Assembly: GCA_944391695.1 (NCBI GenBank)
Contig: CALXUO010000005.1
Location: 1-61,766 of the forward strand
Origin: an uncultured Alphaproteobacteria bacterium
GTDB taxonomy: Bacteria > Pseudomonadota > Alphaproteobacteria > RF32 > CAG-239
Direction of reading: 5' to 3'
Length of the DNA: 61,766 nucleotides
Within the stretch, counting starts at the first letter, position 1. Each line of letters opens with the position of its first letter. A program made the translations under genes and the position numbers. The notes beneath the pieces are model-generated. The model did not search any database. It was given only the letters and a program-made list of their open reading frames with translations, and was not told the origin of the DNA. Below are positions 20,401 to 28,619 of the stretch, one piece after another.

Positions 20401-20704
20401 CAGAAACATTGTATATAAAACTTTCGGGACATTCTTTAACCGTGATCTCTTTTGTACCTTTGCAACAATTAACTTGCCGGCAATTTTCCGATGTATTGTG
20501 AAGTTTGCAATCAATTGCGCCTGAACCAATATAGGCTTCCGGACAAGCACCTTTATTACACAACGAATTTGTTTCGTCTTCTGAGGCTCCATACAGAATA
20601 ACCCCATATTCTGTTTCGCTTACAAGCCTGACTGCAGCATAACTGATATTGCACAAACAAAGAACTGTTAATACAGCAAAAAATATCTTACCAATCTTTC
20701 GCAT
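14444..20704 (-). CDS. Giant secreted cysteine-rich modular repeat protein (2,086 aa)
   Basis: Signal peptide MRKIGKIFFAVLTVLCLCNISYA; recurring CxC-x3-Y-x2-3-C...C...Y-x2-C modules; roughly one residue in ten is Cys, estimated by eye. Confidence 0.88.
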   Translation of the reverse strand: MRKIGKIFFAVLTVLCLCNISYAAVRLVSETEYGVILYGASEDETNSLCNKGACPEAYIGSGAIDCKLHNTSENCRQVNCCKGTKEITVKECPESFIYNVSDTIDVSNMEYCDGYRNGVKGIWSKDNPNLCKTQGITSESYLSKISSSTNCGKSQAAGYGGVSRQSCSKKEGDPETPYCLVYDISYFTACPVDYQTSYFSSCGVDGTEAAIPCYVNCGSAYCLGFTCDMKNVKDCKELIAEKKDEGWFSTDLSSTYSSDFPYACKDDGVIKYVGFYCQNYSSDRPTSCSASNGEMTSCSIPAISGSDKVVYKCSCSKDAQTLKEWCASNHGNDSTCLDKYYGIEATECKLDKDTEGNTLVKYTEFSSDIAVCDEITNWKYSVETSDSGRCKDYSNKYSNQASPVADRCRIIDTNTYATKIVNICKYCENFLTDNADIAQNLCPNGTPTECYYPNGSADSKAYMGCSCGSELKTIEDWCSLEDSSENCLLQAVGVGKECRTTPLRATRAMMMTYSKNAPSNTGDIVYYADIACASEYQTKEDWCAANQDKIESGYNCMKDYVGFGTPCTLDSDGSADDYKYTKFVLACPDKGVVKPTVNECLLEGESSPVYISCYDKSTVETSDPIVSYICKCPDNYGISCENENYGRGGKKCQFDVDALGNSVDKYSDCYLKCGTPYASVSSATNSGCLELYEGYTSTIRGGFDSPEMCIKTDGSFEYICGCPEKFKTIEDWCQENHPDEASCKKEYSGSGTSCTRDVNDNTSPSSVLTKYANYVVFCPQDRPLYQSEDDCTYMGGEYEYSCVDEEKVEKVVCKCSEDSWFDSCSPIEVDGVTIEQEPTGSMCNLDGNNKIKYGECADSCASLLNAKAIDGAYKYLDSSISVPTTITCQNELGKGAVFGGTSKIYCSRNNLKMYPCYCPKSFTECSAEDNQIPAKNAQTCKANGITYYSECAPAQCKDESSTVAIEASSGNYDQDKANIQGRYGVGASMIKCTDDEGVEKWEVSCDTSVYKDRCEYPYEPSANSAWCRYGDGNTLMKDGKEHYKSGSCNVVKTLGECEKSVIENGKQVSSPYTIFTVSSESECASKYGSGASVQLCEYGADKDYKRAYNCYYDASKFKYTTSNCGVRNDLTGDHIIVNGKKFWRECRCAKAYQHHKYNCGGLLSGNPCKQEVTQSMLDSDDTLPASTLGETLPFYPYCECSAEYTEVCDEDGSGRYKGVGTECNGKYKACECIPDALPENWTDNYYGCPGGKKPTGVWKDNGCGQKYYQCSVIECTWEYTEMCESPLIPVGQACQDNQGNIGGYKSCSCPAGYKVCPSNQVGEGEPCNLKGVSYYESCTDKDTCSTIITETCNGPLQIGINPCIRDDITYYERCACANGYTEVCEDGEVGVGNYCELNGVKYYKQCIKPDSQCSEGHVTACDTNQVSYSPCVYTDEEGKQSIKYLCKCPNNWYTSETCESENLSGEKCTQKDSSGNTTTHYSTCSGIETCSPYQEISYKICTEAQTGEGGRCISSDDDSLGVTKYATCIDSNNCYETGFKYSCMGYDPEYLGDACIDANGNRLYKSCPCPSSYVGCAGTNTSKGQKCIPVLEDGSLGNPVYASCECDQSIYKYTCEAEDSGNKGIKPANEQDYCEIFETVTSTGDDGSVTTQEKKVRYYTACECGSEYKYACPNGTGEVVPEDYAKDYCLLGSSKLYKGCGCAADYTYTYSDCEDQGAVIESELNYCTIKGTVPGETRPTNEALYRSCSCGLEYKLECAESKYDQNGVPSCTIEGKTLYSQCVCSSGYKSCGAGQQTSGDSCQSKSVSADGTVVSGATLYSGCSCDSSYSLTCDDDTYAYNSDSCSDNGVTKYKKCICKDVYEINLSSSTSDQTQYCEKLGKKANTSLTEKAFCIEKNGNSSTIRPHKEVCVCDSKTYDTETTSDTTNEYTYCENMGQDVNTDLKDEAFCTDIIDGVSRNYPHRELCLCDTRIYDTGITTQTQDQAAYCNTFEGMVANTNLSEDPFCSAKVNNQWINYPHKEICACNPDIYDTDINTQAKDQASYCSAEGKDPNEDISEDEAFCTDITNGTSNKHPHKDICKEATP
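14447..15085 (-). repeat. Four C-terminal repeats of about 56 aa in the giant Cys-rich protein
   Basis: Consensus YC-x(7-8)-N-x(6-7)-FC-x11-PH(K/R)(E/D)xC-x-C-x(4)-YDT; the last copy is truncated. Confidence 0.8.
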
Positions 20705-20833
20705 TGAGGTACACTCATCCCTTTATAAAAAATACACTTCTCTTTATAATAATAACTATAAACTTTTTTGCAATAGCCTTTCTTCACTTTTGCAACATTT
20801 TTCCTAAAACTTGACAAAATATTTTACATTCCC

Positions 20834-20865
20834 AAAAAACCGCCTTTTGACAAAGGCGGTTTTTT
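20834..20865 (-). terminator. Intrinsic terminator after the RND operon
   Basis: AAAAAACCGCCTTT-TGAC-AAAGGCGGTTTTTT. Confidence 0.88.
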
Positions 20866-20881
20866 GTTTCTTTGGTGTTAT

Positions 20882-23800
20882 TTACTGTTTATTTTGACCG
20901 AATGTCTTTTGATAAATCGTCTCAAACAAAATATAAAGTAGAGGTATCACCAAAAGACCGAGCGCCGTTCCTAATAACATCCCGTAAAATACCGGAACAC
21001 CAATTGCTATACGGCTGGCCGCACCAGCTCCTGAGGCAATAATCATCGGAAATACACCCAAAATAAAGGTAAATGCCGTCATCAAAACCGCACGGAACCT
21101 TTCTTTGGTGCCAACCATGGCTGATTTTACCAAGTTGGAGCCCCTTTCATGCTCTTCTTTGGCAAACTCTACTATCAAAATGGCGTTCTTACTGGCCAAG
21201 CCTACTAAAAGTATCAAACCCAACTGAGCATAAATACTTAGCGGCAATCCGGTTACAAACAAACCTATCAAAGCTCCAAGCATTGCAACTGCAACCGAGG
21301 TTAATACCGGAAGCGGCGTAATCCAGCTTTCGTACTGAGCCACCAAAAACAGATAACCAAAAATAATCGCCAAGGTGATTAAATACCCTATTTGCCCTTG
21401 CGAGCTCTTTTCCTGATAACTAATGCCGGACCATTCATAACCAAATCCTGAGGGCATACTTTTAGCCAGCTCTTCAACCGCTGCCATAGCCTCACCGGTA
21501 CTTACCGCCGGATTTTGTACTGCCGTAATAGTGGCTGACGGATACTGATTATAGCGGCTGACAACACGCGGTGATAATATCTTACTTAAGGTAATGACAC
21601 TATCAAGCGGAACCATATCGCCGTTCTCGCTTTGAACATGAAGATTCTTTATCGAATCAATGTCTTTACGATTTTTCCAATCTGCCTGAATCATAACTTT
21701 GTTAACCTGTGTACCAAAGTTAACATCATTGATGTAGGCCGAACCTAAGTAATATTGTAGGGTTGAGAATATGCTGCCGATACCTACCTTCATAGCCTCA
21801 GCTTTTACTCTGTCAATATCAACATAGATATTCGGCGTTTTGGCCGTGTAGGTCGTATAGGCGTAAGATATCTCAGGTAAAGCATTCATCTTGCCCAAAA
21901 AGGCCATCAAGGCAGCCTCTATGGCTTGCGGATTATCGGTATCCATTGATTGCAAACGGAAATCCATACCTCCGCTCATACCAAGTCCCATAATTGCCGG
22001 CGGCTCAAACAGCTGAACCTCCGCTTCCGAATACTCGCTCAATTTTGCTCTTAAGCGGTTTAGAATGTTGGTGGAATAAAGCTCATCACCTTTCCTTTCA
22101 TTCCATGGCTTTAGTACTGTAATTACCATGGCAACGTTTTCACCTGTTCCACCAATCATACTGACACCGGTGATTGCCATTACGGCGTCAACTCCTGGCT
22201 CTTTTCTGATAAGGGGAATGATCTTGTCAATAAAAGCCTGCGTCCTCTCACGCGAGGCTCCTTCCGGAAGCTGAACGTTACCCATAACCACACCTTGATC
22301 TTCGGAGGGAATAAACGATGTTTGGCTGATGTTCAAAATACCAGCTATAACTATCAACGCCAGACCATAAACAACTGCCACAACTCCAATCTTGCGGCCA
22401 AAAATCCCAACAATGCCGGCATAGGTGTCTCTGCTTTTGTTAATCAATTGGTTAAACCAAAACAACGGGCCATGCTCAATCGGTTTTAGCGGACGCAATA
22501 TCGTCGCACACAATGCTGGGGATAACGTCAAAGCGTTGATGGCTGAAAATACCACCGAAACCGATATCGTTATGGCAAATTGCTGATAAATCTTACCGGT
22601 TATACCTCCCATAAATCCTACCGGTACAAAGATAGCCAGCAAAACCAAAGTGGTTGCAACAATGGCCCCTGATACCTCGCTCATTGCTTTGATGGTTGCC
22701 TCTTTAGGCGTTAGGCCTTCTTGCTCCATCAAAGCCAAAACACGCTCCACAACCACAATGGCATCATCAACCACCAATCCGATTGCCAAAACCAATCCGA
22801 ACAAGGTTAGCATATTTAAGCTATACCCCAAAGCCAACATAACCGCAAAAGTTGCCAACAATGACACCGGAATGGTTAGACTGGGCACCAATGTCGAACG
22901 CCAATCCTGCAAAAAGATATAGCAAACTAATATAACCAGCGCAAAGGTAAATACCAATGTCAAAACAACTTCCTCAATAGAGGCCGTGATATATTTGGTA
23001 GAATCATAGCCTATCAAATAGTCCACACCTTCGGGAAAATTAGTTTTTAAGCGCTCCAATTCAACTTTTAAGTTCTTCATGGCTTCCAAAGCATTAGCGC
23101 CGGTTAATTGGTTGACAGCTATGGCAACATTTGGAACTCCATTGTACTTAGAGGCTGCCCGATATGATTCTTCTCCAATTTCTATACGAGCAATATCTTT
23201 GAGCTGAACCATTCCCCCTTCTTCGGCCGTACGAACAATAATGTTTTTAAAATCTTCAACCTCATTGATACGACCTTGGGTCTGTAAAGCATAGACTATT
23301 TGTTGTTTGCCATCGCCGGGCATTGACCCTACTTTACCAAGTGATGGTTGATAGTTTTGCCCTTCAATCGCCGAAACAATTTGCGCCAATGGTATATTTA
23401 GAGCTGCTATTTTATCAGCATCAAGCCATACACGCATGCTAAGTCTTGCCGAATAAACATTGACCTCGCCGACACCGTCAACACGCGACAAACTGTTTTT
23501 CATATTGTTTTGAACATAATCCGCCAGCTCGGGGCTGCTCAAACTATTGTCAGGAGAAAACACCGAAACGAATCCTAAAATATTGGATGAGCGGCTGCGT
23601 ACCGTCAGACCTTGACGTTGTACCTCGGTTGGTAACATGGAGGTTGCCTGTTGAATACGGTTTTGAACCTTTACCTGCGCCATATCAGGATCGGTTCCAA
23701 CCTTAAAAGTTATGGTTAGTTGATATGAAGAATCTTCCGATGATGATGACATATAAATCATATCCTCAACACCGTTGACCTGCTCTTCCAACGGAATACC

Positions 23801-23986
23801 TATGGTCCTTGCTACAACTTCCGCTGATGCACCAGGATATGTTGCCGATACAACAATCTCCGGCGGAGTTATTTCCGGATACAAGGCAATCGGTAAAGAA
23901 AACACCGAGATAATTCCCGCCAATGACAACACGATGGATATTACCATCGCAAAGCGAGGACGCTCAATAAAAATCCTTGAAAACAT
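20882..23986 (-). CDS. RND efflux permease, AcrB/HAE1 family
   Basis: FIERPRFAMVISI, YPEITPP, GLVVDDAIVVVE, KNAILIVEFA, RFRAVLMT. Confidence 0.96.
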   Translation of the reverse strand: MFSRIFIERPRFAMVISIVLSLAGIISVFSLPIALYPEITPPEIVVSATYPGASAEVVARTIGIPLEEQVNGVEDMIYMSSSSEDSSYQLTITFKVGTDPDMAQVKVQNRIQQATSMLPTEVQRQGLTVRSRSSNILGFVSVFSPDNSLSSPELADYVQNNMKNSLSRVDGVGEVNVYSARLSMRVWLDADKIAALNIPLAQIVSAIEGQNYQPSLGKVGSMPGDGKQQIVYALQTQGRINEVEDFKNIIVRTAEEGGMVQLKDIARIEIGEESYRAASKYNGVPNVAIAVNQLTGANALEAMKNLKVELERLKTNFPEGVDYLIGYDSTKYITASIEEVVLTLVFTFALVILVCYIFLQDWRSTLVPSLTIPVSLLATFAVMLALGYSLNMLTLFGLVLAIGLVVDDAIVVVERVLALMEQEGLTPKEATIKAMSEVSGAIVATTLVLLAIFVPVGFMGGITGKIYQQFAITISVSVVFSAINALTLSPALCATILRPLKPIEHGPLFWFNQLINKSRDTYAGIVGIFGRKIGVVAVVYGLALIVIAGILNISQTSFIPSEDQGVVMGNVQLPEGASRERTQAFIDKIIPLIRKEPGVDAVMAITGVSMIGGTGENVAMVITVLKPWNERKGDELYSTNILNRLRAKLSEYSEAEVQLFEPPAIMGLGMSGGMDFRLQSMDTDNPQAIEAALMAFLGKMNALPEISYAYTTYTAKTPNIYVDIDRVKAEAMKVGIGSIFSTLQYYLGSAYINDVNFGTQVNKVMIQADWKNRKDIDSIKNLHVQSENGDMVPLDSVITLSKILSPRVVSRYNQYPSATITAVQNPAVSTGEAMAAVEELAKSMPSGFGYEWSGISYQEKSSQGQIGYLITLAIIFGYLFLVAQYESWITPLPVLTSVAVAMLGALIGLFVTGLPLSIYAQLGLILLVGLASKNAILIVEFAKEEHERGSNLVKSAMVGTKERFRAVLMTAFTFILGVFPMIIASGAGAASRIAIGVPVFYGMLLGTALGLLVIPLLYILFETIYQKTFGQNKQ

Positions 23987-23988
23987 TT

Positions 23989-25146
23989 TTATTTGGCCTC
24001 CTCTGTTGTATTAGAAACCAAGCTAGCTCTGACTTTGGCACCATCTTTGACCTTTTGCAAGCCGCTAACAATAATTTTTTCATTGCCTTCAAGGCCAGAA
24101 AGAACTATTTGCTTGTCTTCAAACAGACCATCTAACTGTACTCTTCTTTCGCTGACATTGCCTTCTTGGTCAACAACATAAACATATGAGCCGTTGGCAT
24201 CCTGCATTACCGCTGCCGGTGAAATTATTATGGCAGGAGTTTCTTCGGCCGATGATAAAATTACATTAACATAATTGCCGGCAACCAAAATCCTTTCTTG
24301 GTTGGCATATTCCAAATAAATCGGAATAGTTGCCGTGTTTTTGTTGACTTCGTTATTAACAAAATACGAAACCATGTTGTCATTTAAGATACTGCCGTCC
24401 GGTAATTCCAAACGTGTCTTCATACCGCTTGAACCAAGTCTTTTGAACATGATATTGTCTTTATCAGGAACCGAAAATACAACTCTTATTGGGGAGGCTT
24501 GGATAATGCGCGCCAAAGTCTGTGTATTGGAACTTACATAGTTACCCTCGGTAACTTCGGCCTTCCCGATAAGACCGGTTATGGGGGCTTTAATCTCGGT
24601 ATGTTCCAGATCTATTTTGGCTAACTCCAAATTGGCTTCAGCCTGAGCTACCGCCGCTTTGGCCTGTAAATACGCACTTTCGGCCGTATCCAATGTTGAC
24701 TTGGAGGCATACTGCTGGCTGCTTAAGGCCTTTTGTCTTTTATAATCTCTCTCGGTTTTTACCAAATTGGCTTTGGCACTGTCTAGGGCTGCCTGACTTA
24801 AATCTACATTTGCAATATAGCGATCTTGCTCGATCACAAATAAAATGTCTCCCTCTTTTACAACTGAACCTTCCTGAAACAATACTTCATCAACATAGCC
24901 CGAAACCTGCGGTATCAGATCAACACTTTTTATCGCTTCAACTGATGCTATATATTTTCTTTGTGGAGAGACATCGGTCTTTATCACTTCTTCAACCAAT
25001 ACATGCGGAGTTGATCCTCCGGCAAGAGCCATATTGTTGCTTTGCGGCGTAAGTTTGGCTTTAAGATACCAACCAATGCCTATGCATAAAACAATAATGA
25101 CAAAATTAAGAACTATTTTTCTTTTCTGTACCTTTACTACCTGCAT
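23989..25146 (-). CDS. RND periplasmic adaptor (AcrA/MFP family)
   Basis: N-terminal TM anchor, PQVSGYVDEVLFQEG, IKAPITGLIG, GLQKVKDG. Confidence 0.94.
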   Translation of the reverse strand: MQVVKVQKRKIVLNFVIIVLCIGIGWYLKAKLTPQSNNMALAGGSTPHVLVEEVIKTDVSPQRKYIASVEAIKSVDLIPQVSGYVDEVLFQEGSVVKEGDILFVIEQDRYIANVDLSQAALDSAKANLVKTERDYKRQKALSSQQYASKSTLDTAESAYLQAKAAVAQAEANLELAKIDLEHTEIKAPITGLIGKAEVTEGNYVSSNTQTLARIIQASPIRVVFSVPDKDNIMFKRLGSSGMKTRLELPDGSILNDNMVSYFVNNEVNKNTATIPIYLEYANQERILVAGNYVNVILSSAEETPAIIISPAAVMQDANGSYVYVVDQEGNVSERRVQLDGLFEDKQIVLSGLEGNEKIIVSGLQKVKDGAKVRASLVSNTTEEAK

Positions 25147-25147
25147 T

Positions 25148-25765
25148 TTATTTACTCTCCACTTTTATTCCGTTAATAATCATATCAAATCCTTTGGTCA
25201 TTGCTGTTGATAAATCCATATCAATATTAACTCCCAAAATGTATTTATCAATAATTCCTTTCCACAAACAAATCATTATCTGCCTGAGTTCTGTTATATT
25301 AATATCCTGACGTATTTCACCATTCTTTTGAATACGGAGCAATACATCATATAACTCTTTATCCGGAAGCTCACAAAGCTCTCCTATCTCTGACCAAACC
25401 TTGTCAAAAACCGCCGGAGACCACTCCATACGATAAACCACAAAAAACAAAAAACGTCTGAAATCTACATCGTTTTCAATGGCTTGCGCTCGATTTATTA
25501 TGCCGCAACGTAATGATGACAAACTATCAGATACCTCGTAATGATAGTTTTTTCTATGTTCCAATATCTTTTGTGTGATCAATGCTGCTATCAAATCGGT
25601 TTTATTGCGGAAATACCAATAAACCGCTCCTTTGGTTAGGTTGATGCGCTTGGCTATTTCATCAAATGTTGTGCGCGAAAAGCCCTTTTCATAAAAAGTT
25701 TGCAATGCAGAATCGAGAATCGCCAATCTGGTTTGTTCTGCATCTTCCTTAGTTTTTCTTGCCAT
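25148..25765 (-). CDS. TetR/AcrR-family repressor
   Basis: MARKTKEDAEQTRLAIL...GFSRTTFDEIA...TKGAVYWYF, an AcrR/TtgR-type N-terminus. Confidence 0.93.
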   Translation of the reverse strand: MARKTKEDAEQTRLAILDSALQTFYEKGFSRTTFDEIAKRINLTKGAVYWYFRNKTDLIAALITQKILEHRKNYHYEVSDSLSSLRCGIINRAQAIENDVDFRRFLFFVVYRMEWSPAVFDKVWSEIGELCELPDKELYDVLLRIQKNGEIRQDINITELRQIMICLWKGIIDKYILGVNIDMDLSTAMTKGFDMIINGIKVESK

Positions 25766-25778
25766 TTTGAGTCCTTTT

Positions 25779-25801
25779 TACATACATTCAGCAGGTATGT
25801 A
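25779..25801. promoter_or_regulatory. AcrR-type operator
   Basis: TACATAC-ATTCAGCAG-GTATGTA just upstream of the tetR ATG. It closely resembles the E. coli AcrR site TACATACATTCACAAATGTATGTA (recalled from memory). Confidence 0.72.
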
Positions 25802-25859
25802 TACAACAAATTAGTTAAAAATCAATAACTTTTTTTGATTTTTTTGTTTTTGGGGATTG

Positions 25860-26495
25860 TTATGCAAAATACTCCAACGCTTTCTTAATATCAGCAAAGC
25901 GGTAATCACAGAATGAAGGTTTTTCTTTATCTTCTTGGCCAATCAAAACCGTTGTAAACCCTATTTCCTTGGCCACCTCAAGATTGCACGGATTATCCTC
26001 AAACAACAAACAATCTTTTGCTTTTAGACCATAATTATCTAAAAAAAGCTTAAATCCATCGGGATTGTGTTTAAATGTATAGGCCATATCATGACCGTCA
26101 AAAATACTCGCAAAATTATCCGCCGCAACACCAATAACCAACAATACATCTAAAACATGTTTTTTGGTACTGTCTGTTAAAATAAATTTGCGTTGCGGCA
26201 TCTTTTTAAGTTTGGCATCAAGCGCATAGTCTTGGGGCAGAAAGCTTATATCTACATTGCAAATAAAATCCATAAAATCTTTTTTGGAAAACGGGTATTC
26301 TTCATCCAACGCCTCAACATCATATTGATAGCGCTTTCTTATATCTTTAATCACCACGTTTGCTTCTTCATCATTAAGTTTTAGCTTTTGTTTAAAAAAC
26401 TCTTTGACTTTGGCATCAACCAAATTCTCGACCTTTGCGCCGACATTATATAATGTGCCATCTAGGTCAAATACCAACACCTTATCTTTAAACAT
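25860..26495 (-). CDS. HAD-superfamily hydrolase (pyrimidine 5'-nucleotidase-like)
   Basis: VFDLDGTLY motif I, FKHNP, LLFEDNPCNLEVAKEIGFTTVLI. Confidence 0.85.
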   Translation of the reverse strand: MFKDKVLVFDLDGTLYNVGAKVENLVDAKVKEFFKQKLKLNDEEANVVIKDIRKRYQYDVEALDEEYPFSKKDFMDFICNVDISFLPQDYALDAKLKKMPQRKFILTDSTKKHVLDVLLVIGVAADNFASIFDGHDMAYTFKHNPDGFKLFLDNYGLKAKDCLLFEDNPCNLEVAKEIGFTTVLIGQEDKEKPSFCDYRFADIKKALEYFA

Positions 26496-28616
26496 CTAAC
26501 GTTCTTTTCTAATTGCCGCCACACATCTTATATAAGCTACGTCTTGCGCCAAATCTTCAAGATCAACCGGAAGTTTGCGCCGCCAGTTGGGATGCTGATT
26601 ATGATCGGTTCCTGGAAGATTTTGCATCTTTTCAACATGAAGCATATCTTCTAGCTGAGCCAAAAAAACCGGACAGTTACTGCGCGACATAAATCTCATC
26701 ACCGCCTCTTCTATTCCTTCAGGATATTGTTCTCCATAAACATAATTTCCGCTTCTTGGCTTATCCTCAGGCCAAACACCAGCCTCATCCAGCGCGGCCA
26801 AAAGATAGCTACGATCTTGCTCTCTCTTGTGGTAAGCAATCGCTCTTTCTTCCTCACTCTTGAACATACCCATGGCATAGTTTAACTCTATGTCATAGCC
26901 AAACCACCACATCTTTAGCGGAGCTATGTCGTGCGTACCAACAGAAGTAAATGCATTATAAGGATATTGCGAAGGCTGATTGAAAGCGCCCCACCCCATA
27001 TCTTTTCGTTCCGTCCATAAAATACTTAAGGCGTGGAAACCTTTGGCCTCTATGGATTCGATAAATCCAGGAGGAACGTTGCCTATACTTTCGCCGACGA
27101 TGATACATTTGTTGAGGCAGCTTTCCAATGCAACGATATTTAACATATCTTCAAAATTATAGTATATGTATGTGCCGGAATCAAAAGCATCAGGAATAAC
27201 ATAAAGACGCATCAGACTCATAACATGATCCATCCTTAAAGCTCCCGCATTTTGCATATTGGCTCGTAAAATATTGCGGAATGGCTTATAACCTTGCTCT
27301 TTTAACACCTCGGGAATAAAAGCTCCCAAATTCCATTTCTGGCCACCGGGGAACAACGCATCCGGCGGAGCTCCGGCCCCGGCATCGGGTATAAATAAAT
27401 CAGGGTTGCTCCAGTACTCAGCACTATCTCTGCCGACACCTACCGCCAAATCGCGATAAAATCCAACTTTGAGACCGCAATTTTCAACCTCGGCTACGGC
27501 TTGTGAAAATTGACGCCATGCCTCAAACTGCATAAACTTGAAAAAATCAACCTTGTCTTGATTTTGTTTGACAAATTTTGCAACCTGCGGCGAAGACGGC
27601 GATAAATACTCCTTTGGCCAGGCTCGCCATCCGCCCCAAACCTTATGCGTTTGTTCATCATAAATGGCCTGAAAAGCCGCCAAATTATCAAGACTTGCTC
27701 CATATCTGTCGCAAAATTCTAAAAATTCTTTATACCGTTTGCTGTTTTTGTTTTTTTGAAAAACGGCAAAACATTTTTCCAACATCTTGACCTTTAAGGG
27801 ATAGACTTTGGTATATTCTATAAATTCACTCGTCCTCAGCTCTTGCAACAATCCTTCCAAAGGCTCTTTATCTTTGGAATCAAATTCCGGAACAGCTTCT
27901 ATATCTATATAGATGGGATTTAGAAATTCTCGTGATATTGATGAATACGGACTGGCGTTTTCCGGATAATTATGACTTAGAACATTAAGCGGATTAAGTC
28001 CTATTATATCAGCTCCGCTTTGGGCGCACATCTTTACAAAATTTTTTAAATCGGTAAAATCTCCAACACCCCAATTGCGTTTGCTCTTTACTGAGTACAA
28101 CTGCAGAGCATAGCCCCATATTTTTTTATCTTCCAAAATATTATAGCATCGATCGGGAGCAACCGCCAAAACAGAAGTATATGTTTTGCCGCCGATAACA
28201 ACCCTTAAATCATAATAGCCTATTTCCAATTCCGTGGTTATTCGCAAACTTTCTTTATATAAATTGCCATACTGCTCGCAATTGCCCAAATATTGATAAG
28301 ATAAATCAATTTTGTTGCCTTTTTCATCTTGCGCCGTTAAAACAATTGACGATAAATCAGGCGCAACTACATCTATAATCAAATTATGTATGTTACAGAC
28401 ATATATCGCTTCCAATGTCCTTTGCCAACGTCTGTTTTCTAATTTTGACAAAGAAGCCGAGGCCTTATCGCTCGTATCTGCATCATACCCCATAGCTTTG
28501 GCGAAAAACTTTACAATCTCTCCGCTTACCGTATAATTTTGATGCCTTAGACCGGCATCGCTAAAATCAACCGCTATGCCAAGTTTTTCGGCAATTTTCT
28601 TTAAGTCTGTGTCCAT
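26496..28616 (-). CDS. malQ: 4-alpha-glucanotransferase (amylomaltase)
   Basis: WGYALQLYSVKS, WGVGDFTDL, YRDLAVG, ALRMDHVMSL, GESIG, NLPGT, HPNWRRK. Confidence 0.95.
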   Translation of the reverse strand: MDTDLKKIAEKLGIAVDFSDAGLRHQNYTVSGEIVKFFAKAMGYDADTSDKASASLSKLENRRWQRTLEAIYVCNIHNLIIDVVAPDLSSIVLTAQDEKGNKIDLSYQYLGNCEQYGNLYKESLRITTELEIGYYDLRVVIGGKTYTSVLAVAPDRCYNILEDKKIWGYALQLYSVKSKRNWGVGDFTDLKNFVKMCAQSGADIIGLNPLNVLSHNYPENASPYSSISREFLNPIYIDIEAVPEFDSKDKEPLEGLLQELRTSEFIEYTKVYPLKVKMLEKCFAVFQKNKNSKRYKEFLEFCDRYGASLDNLAAFQAIYDEQTHKVWGGWRAWPKEYLSPSSPQVAKFVKQNQDKVDFFKFMQFEAWRQFSQAVAEVENCGLKVGFYRDLAVGVGRDSAEYWSNPDLFIPDAGAGAPPDALFPGGQKWNLGAFIPEVLKEQGYKPFRNILRANMQNAGALRMDHVMSLMRLYVIPDAFDSGTYIYYNFEDMLNIVALESCLNKCIIVGESIGNVPPGFIESIEAKGFHALSILWTERKDMGWGAFNQPSQYPYNAFTSVGTHDIAPLKMWWFGYDIELNYAMGMFKSEEERAIAYHKREQDRSYLLAALDEAGVWPEDKPRSGNYVYGEQYPEGIEEAVMRFMSRSNCPVFLAQLEDMLHVEKMQNLPGTDHNQHPNWRRKLPVDLEDLAQDVAYIRCVAAIRKER

Positions 28617-28619
28617 TTA

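Noticed and set aside
14444-20704. The repeats as a CRISPR array or a diversity-generating retroelement target
   Set aside because: The repeats are degenerate and protein-level, with no identical DNA repeats, spacers or adenine-specific TR/VR pair, and there is no reverse transcriptase in the window.
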